From Lingula anatina (taxonomy: Eukaryota > Animalia > Brachiopoda), in NCBI GenBank assembly GCA_051362555.1, contig CM120642.1, positions 28,892,001 through 28,956,000 on the forward strand: a stretch of DNA of 64,000 nucleotides, read 5' to 3'. Positions 51,901-64,000 of the stretch are shown piece after piece. Position numbers and translations under genes: made by a program. The notes under the pieces were generated by a model. That model worked only from the letters and a program-made list of their open reading frames with translations. It was not told the origin of the DNA and ran no database searches. Within the stretch, counting starts at the first letter, position 1. The number at the start of each line of letters is the position of its first letter.

Positions 51901-54900
51901 AGAAAGTAACCTGGTTTTCAGCCTGACACACAGTTAAGCTAGGGAGTGGAGAATGATGGTTTACATTGAGTTTATCTGGCTAATCAGGACAGTACATTTT
52001 CTTGCTGGTTATCACAAGGCTTGGCCTTTTCTGTTGATTTATCAGATCTGTAATCTGGGCAATTTTTTCTCAAATGAGGTTTACAGTGGTTAATATATAA
52101 GAAAAGTTATTAAGGGCTTACTTATGAAGGTCTTAATATGAAGCTGAAGGTCAGATAAATTGTTTGTATTTGCTTTAGTATTATATAAAGTAGTAATTTT
52201 ATCAAAAAGTAAATAAATAGACAATTATACAAACAAATAATCAGACACATTAAGGGTGCCCCATGTAAAATTAATTGAAAGATCAAATGACCCAAGTGCC
52301 TTCATCAGTCAGGGAGTCAAGTTTACACACAATAGTACTCCTCATTACACATACTGCCACTGAATGCTGGCTCAATAGGCCCAAGAGATTCTTTGATTAA
52401 TTGAAATCAATTCCCTCTCCGTGTCACTGTTTACTCAACTAATCAAGTCTGAGTCCTCTGTGGAAAGCAGAAAAGGATCTTTGGGACTTTGGGATGTGGT
52501 GAAGAATGGAGAATGGATGAGAAATATTTCCAGTATTTATTAATTTAATTTATTTTCACAGGTCAGGTGGGATTTATTTGATTTACTATAATTTTTTAAC
52601 TGCTAAAGCACTGCACTCTACCTATTTATTTTATAGTACAAAGTGAAACCATTTGTAAGGACTTATCTTTCTCAATTTACTTTTGTTTAAAGGTATCAAA
52701 TCAATAGGTCTGTGTTGTGTGGTAGTAATTTTTTTTATGGACAATGGATTTTGTGCTCCCCCACCCTCTGGTTAACCTATTTTGTAAATGGGATGCATGT
52801 TTCAAGTTGTCTCATAACATTGAGAAAAGGATATTTTTTATTTATTGATTACATCTACATTTGCACAAGCACGCATGCAGATACTATATACACATAACAG
52901 AGTATATTCATAGTAGAGCTTTTCAAATAGAAAATTTATCTGTCCCAGAGATATGGCTATATGTCAGTGTATGTTCAATGCCATGCATTTCAGAGGGGTG
53001 TTTTCCAGTTCCATTTCATTCATTCAAGGGACCTCTTAGCCTTGTTGTTCCAATATTTATCCAGCCCTTCTAAATCCATTATTATACTGCAAGCTTTGGG
53101 TATTTTGATACTTCAAGCAAGCATAATGGCTTTGTGGAACAATGTTGACGATTGTCCCCATAAGTTATGACAAACAACACTTTGCCCTCTTCCTGTTTTG
53201 TTTCACTTTCTTGAAGTCTTATTTACATTCACGTGATTCAAGAGGGAAAATTCAAATCTGCAACAGTCAAGGGTTGGGTTTCACGTTAAAGTTTTGTTGA
53301 AATTTTTGTCAAAAACAGCTGGAAAGTTCAAATCGGTGGTAAGTTAAAAGTGATGAAAAATGTTTGAGTGAAGCATGAAAGCAGTTTTCTGTGGGAAATT
53401 CATTTTATATGGAGTTCTCAAGGCTGCTCTGCTCTTTCGCCACTGCCACATGTTGTTCATGCCAGTGATGGTTGATATCTGAAGAGAAGAATTTATCTTA
53501 GATTGCACATGGCTGATGTGAAGAGTTTAAGTCACCAAGAGGGTTACCACCAGGAAGGTGTGTGTGTGTGTGTGTGTGTATGTGTGTGTGTGTGCATGTG
53601 TGTGTGTGTGTGTGTGCATGTGTGCTACTAACACATGCCATAATTGGGAGTGTGATGATTGGAGTAGAGGAAGATTTGGGAGTGTTCATACTTCTAAATT
53701 ATATCTGATTTGTCACAATCCCTGTGTTTGTTCCTGAATATAAATATAGCCGCAAGTTTAACCATATCTTAATCGGGGGTCAAGGAAAGCAGGGAGATAT
53801 TTTCAGAGATTCAGACCAAACTGACCGTTCAGCCCAAAATTATTAATCAAAATGTATGCATGCCCAGTATGGAGAATCCTTTCTTACCAGTAATTTAGTG
53901 TTTTCAGGCAGTAAAATCTGGTTGAGATAATATTTTTGGAGGGGGGGGGGGGGGAGCTTCATGACACAAGAAGATATAATTAGGAAATGTAATATTTATT
54001 ATTTATTGAGTTGAGAAGTAACAAAAGGAAGTTTTTTCATACAGAATAATAACTATAGGCAAGTCGGCCCTAATATGACAAGCACTTGTTAGATAAGATT
54101 GATTGGTCCATACTGGGATGTTTTCCCAACAAAAGGCCAGACAAATGGCATCATCCATCACAGTGACTGTGCTTGGTCTTCACAATACAAGATCAATGGA
54201 TAATTTCCCCCAGTAAACCTGACATGTATATATTTATTACATGTACACTATACACTTCATCCAGTGTCTCTGTATACTCTTAAACAACGGGCACAATACA
54301 GTGTGGTGTAATATTTATGTCATTGTTGACCAGGACAATGGATAACCTGGAAGCAGATGGTGGGAATTGTTTGCTGTAAATGTGTATTTATTGAAACTAT
54401 TTTTAAGTGACTGCAGATGAATGTGTGCTCTGTTTAGTAGGTTTATGTCGCTCCAGTTTGCAAATAATTTGCTTTAAGTTAAGTTAAACAGTGTTTGTTA
54501 GATTGACAATGTCTTGGTTGATAGTTTAGTAATGAGTATACTAAGGAGAAAATAATGTGAAAATTTAATGCAATGATAAGTATGAATAATCTGAAGGACT
54601 ACTCAGTAGACCCTTTTTTTCTGTCAACGTGTTTTTGCTGACCAAAACCTGCTGTATTTTCAGGTTGATCATCGTGATGAGGAAATAGACCGGCTGGGCA
54701 GGATGTTGGACGGAGGGCGGCCCTACGATGTGGTCGCCTTGGAAACAAGGAACAGGGCCAATGAACGCATGATCTCACACCTCAATATACAGGTAAGAGA
54801 AATTAGGTTTGTAAATTTCTGTAAAATGATATGATGCAAGTTTTCATAGTCTTACTTAAATCAAGTTAAAATTTGTGAATGATACAAAACAAAGATCCAA

Positions 54901-55288
54901 CAAAATATAGTTATTATTTGACGTACAATTCCACAAAGGTCCCGCCGTGACCTACCTTTTGTCCCACAAATACCCCATGACCCTATCTCAATCCCACTTC
55001 CAGATTGACTACCTACAGCAGAAAAATCGTGAGTACCAGCGGCGTCTGGATGAGGCTCAGCTGGTGGAGCGGGAGGCGAGGTCCGAGACCATCGATCTGA
55101 ATGCTAAGAACAAGGCCCTGGCGGCGGACCTGGAGGATGTGGACCGCATGGCACAGTCTCTGCAGCTACAGAAAGATTCCGTGATGAGGAGTGCTGATAT
55201 GGAGCTCTCAGATGCTAAGGTAGGTGTGTGTGTGTGTGTTTATGTGTGCGAGAATATGTGTGTGTGTGTGTGTGTGTGTTAGAATGTT

Positions 55289-55375
<87 letters not shown>

Positions 55376-56261
55376 GTATGTTTGTTTGTGTATTTGTGTG
55401 TGTGTGTGTGTGTGTGTTAGTATGTTTGTTTGTGTATTTGTGTGTGTGTGTCTGTTCAATTCTTGTTAACTTCTTTTTGAAAATTAAATCACTTTTGACT
55501 TATTGGTGACAATTGTGTGTTCTTTTCAATTCTAGATTGAGCTTGAAAGGTCAAGGCAAGAATTACAAGACTTAGATCTTACAGTGTCACAACTAAGAGA
55601 AGTAAGTAATTCAAAGATTGTTTAGGGTTTAATTTGGTCTGTTGTGCTTATATCTTTGATTAAGCTATGTTGATGCAAAAGCATGACTTATAAGTTTCCA
55701 GTTTCCATGTGATTTAATGATACAGTAGCACAAACACAGTGCTGTTAGTATTAAATATTCATCGAAATCTGTATGTTTACCTGTATTAAATAGAAGGGCA
55801 ACAGTTTGACAGTTGCCATGTTTTTCATTACATTTTAATAGCCTTAAACACAGTCTAATAATACATACCTATATGTGTGCCATGCCTGCATTAACTCTTT
55901 ACAAGTATATATTAATTTTAAAATCTTCTCTTTGGAGAGAACAATTACCTGGTGTGTAAGTTGTCTTACATGAAGGCAGACTGTATTATTTTTAGTATTG
56001 TAAACAATATGTCACCTGTGTGTTATCAGGAAAAGCAGCAGTATGGAGAAGACAATGCAGCTCTGAGGTCGCGGCTGTCGTCGCGGGAAGCAGACTACCA
56101 GAGGCTGGAGGAACTCATGGCCAAAGTGCAGGAAGACAAGAAGAGGCTCAGTCAGAGAGTGAATAAATTAACTTCTAATGGTAAGTAGTGTAGACAGACA
56201 TTGGGAGTTCACAAATGAATTAATTTTTATGAATAAGGAAAATAAATTAAAATGAAAAATG

Positions 56262-56351
<90 letters not shown>

Positions 56352-57160
56352 ATGGTGTTGTTCCAAGGTTGGTGCTGTGAAGTATTGAAGCATTTAAAAA
56401 TTTTACGAACTCTTAATTTAACTCCTATTTTTGCTAACTTGTCAGAGCGAGAGCTAGTGTTAGAAATTGAGAGGTTAAAGAAGAAGAATGGCCTAGTCAA
56501 GAAAAGAGGCAAGTCTCCCAACCGCCTGGATGCCTTTATCCGGGGTCTGGAGGAGGAGAGGGATTATTACAAGGGAGAGGTGGACACACTGCAGAAGATG
56601 ATGCAGCAGCAGCGGTCAGCCTCTCCGGCTAGAGGACGCAGTCCAGCCAGGGCGAAACGTGACACCTCCCCAGGAGGAAAGGTACAGCTCTGATGTGGAG
56701 TTTAAATAGAAAATGTTCACAAGAAACGGAAAAACAGACAGTCATGCATTTAGCTTAGGTTTTGATATTTGTATCAGTCTTTAAAAAAAAGCGTTAAAAA
56801 TATAATTTATCAGTCTGACTGGCATTATTTCACTAAGACTGATCTATAGGAGTAATCAAAAATATATATCCATTTTGACTATTTACATTGTTGGGAGGTA
56901 CCAAAGTAATTGGGTTCTGTGTTTTTTGACAGAGTGCGGCTCACTACGAGACCATAGTTCGTGTGTTGGAGGACGAGAGAGACTTCTATAAGAAGGAGTA
57001 CGAGAAGGCGCGCACAATGTCCAGAACTGCCAGTCCTGCTCGCTCTCCGCCAACTAGAGACAGGGTGAGGCTTTGAGCTTATTATGTGAAATAATTTTTT
57101 TGTATTATTTCTGTATATGTGAGTAACATTCCCCTCTCCTCCCTTCATGTTGTTTAATTT

Positions 57161-57211
<51 letters not shown>

Positions 57212-60200
57212 TTTTTCAATTTTGAAAGGAGACTTTGTAAAATTTCTCTTAAACTTTATAATGAGAATTGGAAATAATTCAGTTAAAAGTTTGGGTGAAT
57301 TTGAGATCAATAATTTTGTACTCCAGCATCATATAGTGCTGCAGAGTCATTTCTTTATTATTAACTTCATGTCTGAGTCAAGCTGTCTGTTTCTTGTTCA
57401 GAGTGTTGCCGAGGAGACAGAGCTGCTCAGGGTGACCCGGGAGAGGAACGAGTTACAGGCGTTACTGGACAAGTTTGAGCGACACATGGCCGAGATCCAG
57501 TCCAATGTCAAGGTGCTAACGTCAGAGAGAGATAAGCTGAATCTGATGTATGAACAGGTGGGTACGGTTATCAGTTCTGACACATCCACTGTTACCAGTA
57601 CAAGCTTTAATTAGCTTAATAAGGAGCAGAGAAGCAAGATTATTATTTTGTGGAATATTTGTTGTGGAGATGCCTGAAAATTTTCCTTTGCCCTCGTTCT
57701 TACACACATGTACAGGCACTTAGCATATGTATGGACACACTCAGTTCGTGCTTTCTGTCTCTGAAAATTATGTGATTTCTCAGTACATGTCATATATTTG
57801 TTTCTTCCTTCCTTGGTGTAACTATATGAGATATTATTCACATCCAGACTAAAGAAGAGCTGCAGAGGATGAGGAGAGATGTGGTAAAGTCTCCCAAGTC
57901 TCCCAAAGTCTCTCTGGCAGCGCAGGCAGTGTTACGGCGCGTGGAGAACGAGAGAGATGATGCAATCGCAGACTTGAGGCGTATGACCACAGAGAGAGAT
58001 AGCATGAGGGAGAGGCTAAAGGTAGAACAGAAAATATTGAAATTATTCTTCTTATCATTATTATGGAGAATTGAACAGTAAATGTATAGGTAAAAGTTTT
58101 CTTTTTTTAGTGGAGATCAGATACACTGGCTGTGCAGACAGTGTAATGGTTTAGAAATCATTTGGCAAAAATCTTAGGTAGAATGCATTTCCTCTTGCAG
58201 ATGGCCACAGAAACAAGTCTTTCCGACAGAGCCAGGCTGGAACAAAAAATAGAAGATTTAGAAAATGCACTGCATAATGTAAGTGACAGCAATTGAAAAA
58301 TGGTACTCCAAATATTAGAAGTTAATTAGTTGCAGGGACATTCAGCTCCCACCTTTGCTCACCTTCCCCTTCGTGTTATTTTTTTGTTCAGATTTTCAAT
58401 TAAATCTTCTTCATAGATTGAATTATGATGTGTTACATTTAATCAGTTGCATTATTTTTCTGTTTTGTAGAGACTGCATAACATTTAACATGCAACTCCT
58501 TCCTTGACCCTGTTATTTCTTCAAAATTTTATTCACAAAGACTGCAAAACCTTCTGAGAAAACAGACTACTGACCATTATTACATCTATATTTCAGGTGG
58601 AGGTGGAGAGAAATGAACTTCAGGTAAACCTGAGCACACAAAAGGCTCTGACCAACTCCTCGGAGGACCAGTGTAGAGAGCTGAACATCCAGCTGAATGC
58701 TGCTCTGGAGGAGGGATCTCAGCACAAAGCTACCGCCACGCAGATGAGGTGGGTGGTCACTCGGACACTGTGATGTTGGTCACTACTGGTGTCAGATAAT
58801 TGACCGGAAGGTGTTTCACCAGTAAAAACATGGGATTTTTCAAAATTAACTAGTTGTGTTACTGAAGAGTTGAGCATTGTTTTCAGAGTATTTTTCCATT
58901 GCTGCTTGATTCAGCCTTTAGACTAGTTCACATTGATTCAGACTTGTTGCTTTCCTACTACTGTACTACTACTACAAGTGCCCATTGGACTGAAAAGCTG
59001 GCAAAATGAATGACCTGGAGCTTTACTGATAATGACCAGGGTACACAAGTCAAACTGCTGCCTACATAATGCTGTATTTATTCTACTTTGTACACCTACA
59101 TGAGTAGATGAAAATCAACAATAGAGATACAATTTATTCAATATACAGTTATAACAGAACTACTGGCATATTGCAGATATTATGACTGAACCAGAATAAC
59201 TAAAGTATTTATACATGACTTTGTGTGGTGTTTGGAATTATCATTGAGAATTACCAGCACTACCATATATTGATAATATTAAATGTCATTTGATATCATC
59301 AGGTTGCTGGCAGAGCAGACAGAGGAGGCCCTGGAAGAGCACAGACGTAGACTCACCAGGAAGGAAGGAGATCTCAAAGTAGCGGAGGAACGAATTCTAC
59401 GCCTGGAGGAGCGTTCCACAGACCTGCAGCGTGCCAATGTCAACCAATCAGATCAAATCACTCAGCTCCGTGGCACAATAAGTGCGCTAGACGGAGAGAA
59501 AGACAGTCTTCAAATGACAGTGGATGAGAAGTCCGAAAGGATAGCTGGTCTGGATGCAGAAGTTGTAGTTAGGGTGAGTTTATAGATGTTTTATCTGACC
59601 TATCTCACCTTGGTTAAACTGGAGTAGAAAACCTAAGAGAGTAAATTTGTATGTAACCAAAATAGAAATATAAATCTCAACTAATATCCAACAACAACAA
59701 CTTCCTGTGTTTAAATAGATTATTTGGAGTATTTTTTGCCTGAAACTTTACAGCATTTCAGATTTGATTTTATGTTTATATTTAGAGACAATATTTTAAT
59801 TTGATTCTTTTTATTTCCCCTGAAAACAGGACAGACAGATCAGTGATTTAAGGATAAATATAGGAGAGTTAGAGGCCCAGCTGGAGTGAGTACTTCTTAA
59901 AATGATTTCTCTGTAGAATTAAAATATATTGGCATTTATTTGAAAGTTCACATAAGGTGAATAGATTAGGATGAGATAATGGTTATTTGGTTATAATAAT
60001 GATGCTAAAAGTGACCATTTAGAAATATCTGATGGACCAAAGGTCTTCAATAAGAATACTTTTATATCTGTCTCTAATAAACTGGTCCTTACATAAAGTA
60101 ACTTCATGTTTTGTAAGCATCATAATAACACTTCACAATGCCATCTCCTTCAGTCGTGCCAATGAAAATATTAACCAGTTGGACCGCGAGATCAAGAGCC

Positions 60201-63200
60201 TGCGTCGCCAGCTGGACAGTACCACCGAGGAGCTGTCAGAGACCACCAGGGGGCGTGAGGTGGCTCTACGAGAAAACAGGCGACTTCAAGATGACCTGGC
60301 AGCCATGACGAGAGAAAACCAGGTAAAGTCTTGTTAGAGTTTATTATTATAATTTAGATTTATACTGTAATCCATTGTATGATTAAATTGTGCTTCAAAT
60401 CACAGTTTCTTTCTCTCTCTCTATAATGCCACAGTAAATACAACCCTCTACAACTTATGAGGCTAGTTTTAGCAACAAATTCCTTGCTCTGTCCCATTTT
60501 TTTGTTGGTTAAGGACCAGAAGCCTTTGTCTGCCTGTAGCTTTCTTCCAGAGATATTATAGGCAAGAGGGGAAGAAAAAATAATGACTTACATAAACAAT
60601 AAAACTATTTTTTTCTCATCGTCAGAATCTAAACCAAGATCTCCAGGACACGATAGATGAGAGAGAGGAGTTGAAGAACCAGGTGCAGGACTATGTGATG
60701 GAGGTGAAGAGAGTGGAGGAACTACTGGCAGCTAAGGTGGGCTATAATAAACCTCTCTACCTGAGGGGGGGGGGGGGGGGGGGGGGTCAGGGTATTCTTA
60801 TTACTGGCAGCTAAGGTGGGCTATATACCTCTCTACCTGAGACTTTACTTTATCCTGATTTGGGGAGGGGGGGGGGGGGGGATCCGGGACTCTTTTCCCT
60901 TTTTTTTTTACCCAGGAGCTCAAATTTTGATATGAAATTTTTTTCCAAAATGACAGTGGAGCAGTGGAGCATACAGTTTTGATAGGAAAAATTCAGAAAC
61001 TAAGCCTTGCTGGGGGTTGGGTAGATATTGATTTAAATTCAGTATGGTTAGATGCACAATTCTCACAGTGTGCCCAAGGTAATGTGCCAAGGGCAGTGCT
61101 GTTATAATAATAGGCTTCCTGCTTTTGTGCTTGCATATCCTAAGCATCATGTTGCATGTGGTCTCAGCTATTTGCCACCAAGGTGACATGACTTGATGTT
61201 TCTGAGGGAAGAAACCTGGCAGCAGCTTATGGCACAGTCAGTGTGTGCTTGCTTATATAACTTTTGCATCTCCCTATCCTTGCTACATATATATACATAT
61301 ATATGGATGTATGTGTGTATGTATGCATAGTAAGAAAGCACCTTACAGGTATTGGTGCCTGTCAGACCCACATTGGAGCAGTCACTGTTTTTAAGAGTGG
61401 AGTGAAGCTGATTTTTGAAAGAAGATGTGTTTGTAACATTTCTTGAATTAATTTTTGTAATTAGATTAAAAATTAGTAGATTACTAAATTCTTGTGCTGT
61501 GAAAGACTTGCTTTAATTTATAAAGTTTATAAGCTTCAATAATTTGGACAATGGCCATGATTTTTTCTCTCCTTTTTCATAGAAAATTGCCATTAATTTT
61601 TTAAAAAGTTATCTCAACTCATATCCATGTTTGGTTGTGACAATCTCTGTTTTTCTCCTTGCCTAGGACCAGGAGCTGATGGACTTACTAGAACAGTACC
61701 AAAACTCTCTTCTCTCTGCTTCCCACTCTACACTCACTGCCCCAACTGACCAGGTACTGGCATATATGTGAAGATATACATGTATATATGTGTATATGTA
61801 TATGTATATGTGTATATGACCCCATTCCCACAGATTTTAGGTCCATTTATCCTCGTGGGGAGTCTCACTGGATTACTGTCAGCTTAGCCGGCTTAAATGT
61901 CTGCCCCGCCTACTTAAAGCTGTAAGGGGGTAATTTAATGTCGTGCACGCTCGGCTGACAGCAATTTATCGTGAACCCCCAGGGCGTTAGGTCATTCTGG
62001 ACGGGTCCATCTAAATCTCTGGGAATGCAGTCTATGTAAAAAAGAGTCACCTGTCACCCCTCCCCGCTCTGTTGCTTGAAATCTTCCTGCTTGCTTGTCT
62101 CTCTCCCTTGATTTGTGCAGCGTCTTGGTTCTTTTCAGCATTCTGCAGCTTACTTTTATTTTTATTTTTTATATAGACAGGCATTTTACAATTTAGTTTT
62201 ATTATCTCTCCTTGTGCTTCATTCAGTTTGATTGCAAATTTATTGTTGGCTTTTTATATGGTGAGAAGTTTTAGACCATTCTGGCAGTGGTCACCTATGA
62301 AGTCTGTACTGCTTAGATTCACTGTCACCCAAATGCATGGTTTTGACAACTAATTATTGTTACATCCTCTGCCTGTGCTTTGTGTTCATAGTTTTGTCCC
62401 CAATCCTCTGGGTCACTTATTTTTTCTTAGTTGCATCACATTTTTTTCATTTCTTACTTATGATGTTACACAATTAAGGCATATTAGTTATTGGTGTTTT
62501 ATAGTTATTCAGTGCACTCGATCCTTCATAGTATGGGTAATCTGTATCATGAAACATTGTGCTTTTATCACAGGTTATAATAAAACTTTTAGCAAAAGAC
62601 TGGGGCACTTGGTTCTGTCCATCTTATCTTGGTCACTGGTTGTGGTATGTAGTTTCTATGTGGGCACGTTGTTTTAGCATTTCCTTCTTTGGGATCACCT
62701 TTTGTTGTACATAGCTATATGGAATATAGTCACTTAGTGTTTTATACAACAGCACCACCTATAGTGCATATTGTGAGTTATTGTTGAATGCATCCTATGG
62801 AAAATGGCTTGATGTAATGACACCTTCACTGCTTGATACCTCACAATCCAATCCCTAGCTTTTGCTCTGTGGTTGTTTATAAGTAATATATCTTTAACGT
62901 GGTTAGTTTTCTTAAAGTATTAGGTCATAATTTAGGACTGTTTTTGATAAATGATTAACTCATAACTCAGGGAAACGAAGATGGTAAAGTGCAGTATATG
63001 TCAACTTTTTATCAGCATGCATGCTCTTTATTTGGCTTTTTGTTATAATGCTATTTTAAGATAAAAATGATGATTTTATCAATAAGTTGTTATTACTGTT
63101 GCATGGTCCTTTATTGGTTTGTTCTTCCATGTTTATTTTACATGATGGCAGAAATATTCAGCAAGATTGACCTGTTCAAGTCACACTGCTTTTGGTTAGA

Positions 63201-63702
63201 ATCAGAAAGATAAATGATTCTATTGATCTTGAAATTGTACTAAAACAACTGATGTTGCAGTTATTTAAATGAAGAGACTGCACCACAGAGTTGCCAAATC
63301 AGTGGACTCAAAATACCTTAAGTAATTGTTTAACATACTGTTCATTATAAAATCATTTCTGAACTTGAAAACAATTTGAAACTAAACTGGAAAAGGTGTG
63401 AGAATCTCAATAATGCAAAGATTTGGCAAATATGGCCCTTTTGAAAAAAGCAATATATGTATTTAAGCATGTCATCATCTCTCTCTCTATATATATATAT
63501 GTATTGTGCCCTACAGGAGGACGAGAGGGGAGATCTGTTGAACCAGTATCGGGTCCTCAGTAGGGAGGCGGAGAGGTACGAGACACAGACCCACCAGCTG
63601 GAGAGCGAGGGCTCAAACCTACGTCTAGAACTCATGTCACGAGACTCCGAGGTCAGGAGGTTACGAGATAAAGTAGAGCTGATGGAACGCGAGATACAAG
63701 AA
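45954..63702 (+). CDS. CEP135: Centrosomal protein 135 (CEP135/TSGA10 family), 3'-incomplete
   Basis: N-terminus LRKRLDQLGYRQPLGVESLPLVEKLFADLIHTTESL; internal LDKFERHMAEIQSNVKVLTSERDKL and LRRVENERDDAIADLRRMTTERDSMRERLK. Exons 45954-46263, 46941-47108, 47566-47795, 54664-54792, 55004-55219, 55536-55601, 56030-56180, 56446-56681, 56933-57064, 57402-57557, 57848-58021, 58201-58278, 58597-58748, 59303-59573, 59830-59885, 60154-60322, 60626-60736, 63517-63702. Continues past the window. Confidence 0.95.
48725..49062. mobile_element. Non-autonomous Kolobok-like DNA transposon
   Basis: TIRs AGGGATAATAACTCTT / AAGAGTTATTATCCCT, TTAA on both flanks, purine-purine termini. Internal perfect palindrome TGTTATAATCTCTTAAGAGATTATAACA at ~48893-48920. 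Confidence 0.75.
49711..49940 (+). promoter_or_regulatory. Putative internal promoter in CEP135 intron 3
   Basis: RFX half-site TAGCAAC 49719-49725, forkhead GTAAACAA 49728-49735 and 49931-49938, ATTGG (CCAAT) 49784-49788, GC box ~49804-49820, followed by several consensus splice donors. Confidence 0.4.
50070..50117 (+). CDS. Candidate alternative first coding exon of CEP135 (MSLRPRSSSHQRSRTR)
   Basis: ATG at 50070, 16 codons, consensus donor AGG|GTAAGT at 50118. Phase 0 matches exon 4 (54664). Lies downstream of a promoter-like motif cluster. Confidence 0.45.
51083..51628. mobile_element. PIF/Harbinger-type MITE with ~145-bp terminal inverted repeats
   Basis: GAGCGCATTCTCAACGAATTAAGCCAGG...GTAATTAAATC is mirrored nearly perfectly at 51473-51628. 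TAA target duplication at 51080-51082 and 51629-51631. Confidence 0.9.
55223..55451. repeat. Imperfect (GT)n microsatellite
   Basis: Read directly; a similar tract lies at 53558-53624. Confidence 0.95.
56264..56348. repeat. (TA)n microsatellite
   Basis: Read directly; shorter (TA)n at ~40684-40710 and ~41197-41225, (TTTA)n at ~57162-57212, (ATT)n at ~41490-41540, (GA)n at ~9281-9306. Confidence 0.95.
60722..60880. repeat. Tandem duplication of the CEP135 exon 17 end, donor and poly-G
   Basis: TACTGGCAGCTAAG|GTGGGCTATA...ACCTCTCTACCTGAG at ~60723 and ~60802, each followed by a G-run. Confidence 0.9.
61667..61753 (+). CDS. Candidate cassette or alternative terminal exon of CEP135 (DQELMDLLEQYQNSLLSASHSTLTAPTDQ)
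   Basis: Strong polypyrimidine tract and TAG acceptor at 61666, 87 nt, phase 0/0, donor CAG|GTACTG. Its start resembles the next constitutive exon (EDERGDLLNQY). Confidence 0.55.
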
Positions 63703-63832
63703 GTGAGTGGTTGGTCTTGGTTCTGGTTGGCAAATGTGAGGATTTGTTTATGAGAGTATTAGAAGAGGGGCATAAGGCCAAGATTGGCAGATATAGAGCT
63801 CATTCCTGTTCTTAGACTACCTTAAATTGATC

Positions 63833-64000
63833 CAACTCTGCAGGGACTCTCTGAATGCAGTCAGGTCAACAGATTAACACGCCTCCTCCTGGCATTGAGT
63901 AGAATACAGAAAAGCTGTTGATTACATGAGTATGTTGGAAATAAGAGGAGGCATTTTAATCTGTTAATCTGATTGCATTCAGCAAGAGTCTCCCCAGAGT
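63833..64000. mobile_element. Palindromic MITE family (copies also at ~20015-20090, ~28035-28210, ~40326-40460; related at ~61818-62034)
   Basis: Shared GACTCT..CTGAATGCA.TCAG..AGATTAA with inverted TTAATCTG..TTGCATTCAG. Confidence 0.65.

Noticed and set aside
53502-53557. Further CEP135 alternative exons (MADVKSLSHQEGYHQE; also ~54338-54359)
   Set aside because: Weak donors, and phase 1 is incompatible with phase-0 exon 4.
55228-55509. Cys/Val-rich ORF, and the IY-repeat ORF at 56168-56521
   Set aside because: Translations of (GT)n and (TA)n microsatellites.
1-64000. tRNA, rRNA, snRNA or prokaryotic operon features
   Set aside because: None recognised by eye; covariance-model searches (tRNAscan-SE, Infernal) would be needed to exclude small RNAs.

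Overview
AT-rich, intron-dense animal genomic DNA (invertebrate, probably a marine lophotrochozoan or deuterostome; species not determinable here). By hand-splicing I rebuilt five protein-coding genes. (1) An uncharacterised minus-strand gene, <1-5739, at least 934 aa and running off the window: N-myristoylation motif, acidic linker, MLKL/HeLo-like four-helix bundle, coiled coil, beta-rich domain, then degenerate ubiquitin-like repeats. (2) Dual oxidase DUOX, minus strand 8611-22978, 31 coding exons. (3) Its maturation factor DUOXA, plus strand 26072-28420, head-to-head with DUOX. (4) MCTS1, plus strand 39573-42093, with a U12-type intron. (5) CEP135 (CEP135/TSGA10 family), plus strand 45954->63702. 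The 29-38 kb intergenic stretch holds transposon remnants (Tc1, Gypsy gag, Polinton/adintovirus-type PolB), and MITEs and microsatellites are scattered throughout. Most notable: the MLKL-like/ubiquitin-like fusion gene next to DUOX; DUOX exon 11 is cut off by a 31-bp tandem repeat, losing the RGRDHG segment and the reading frame; six tandem 83-bp copies of the DUOX EF-hand exon end plus splice donor; and a candidate internal RFX/Fox promoter with an in-frame alternative first exon in CEP135 intron 3. All exon models are manual and lack transcript support.
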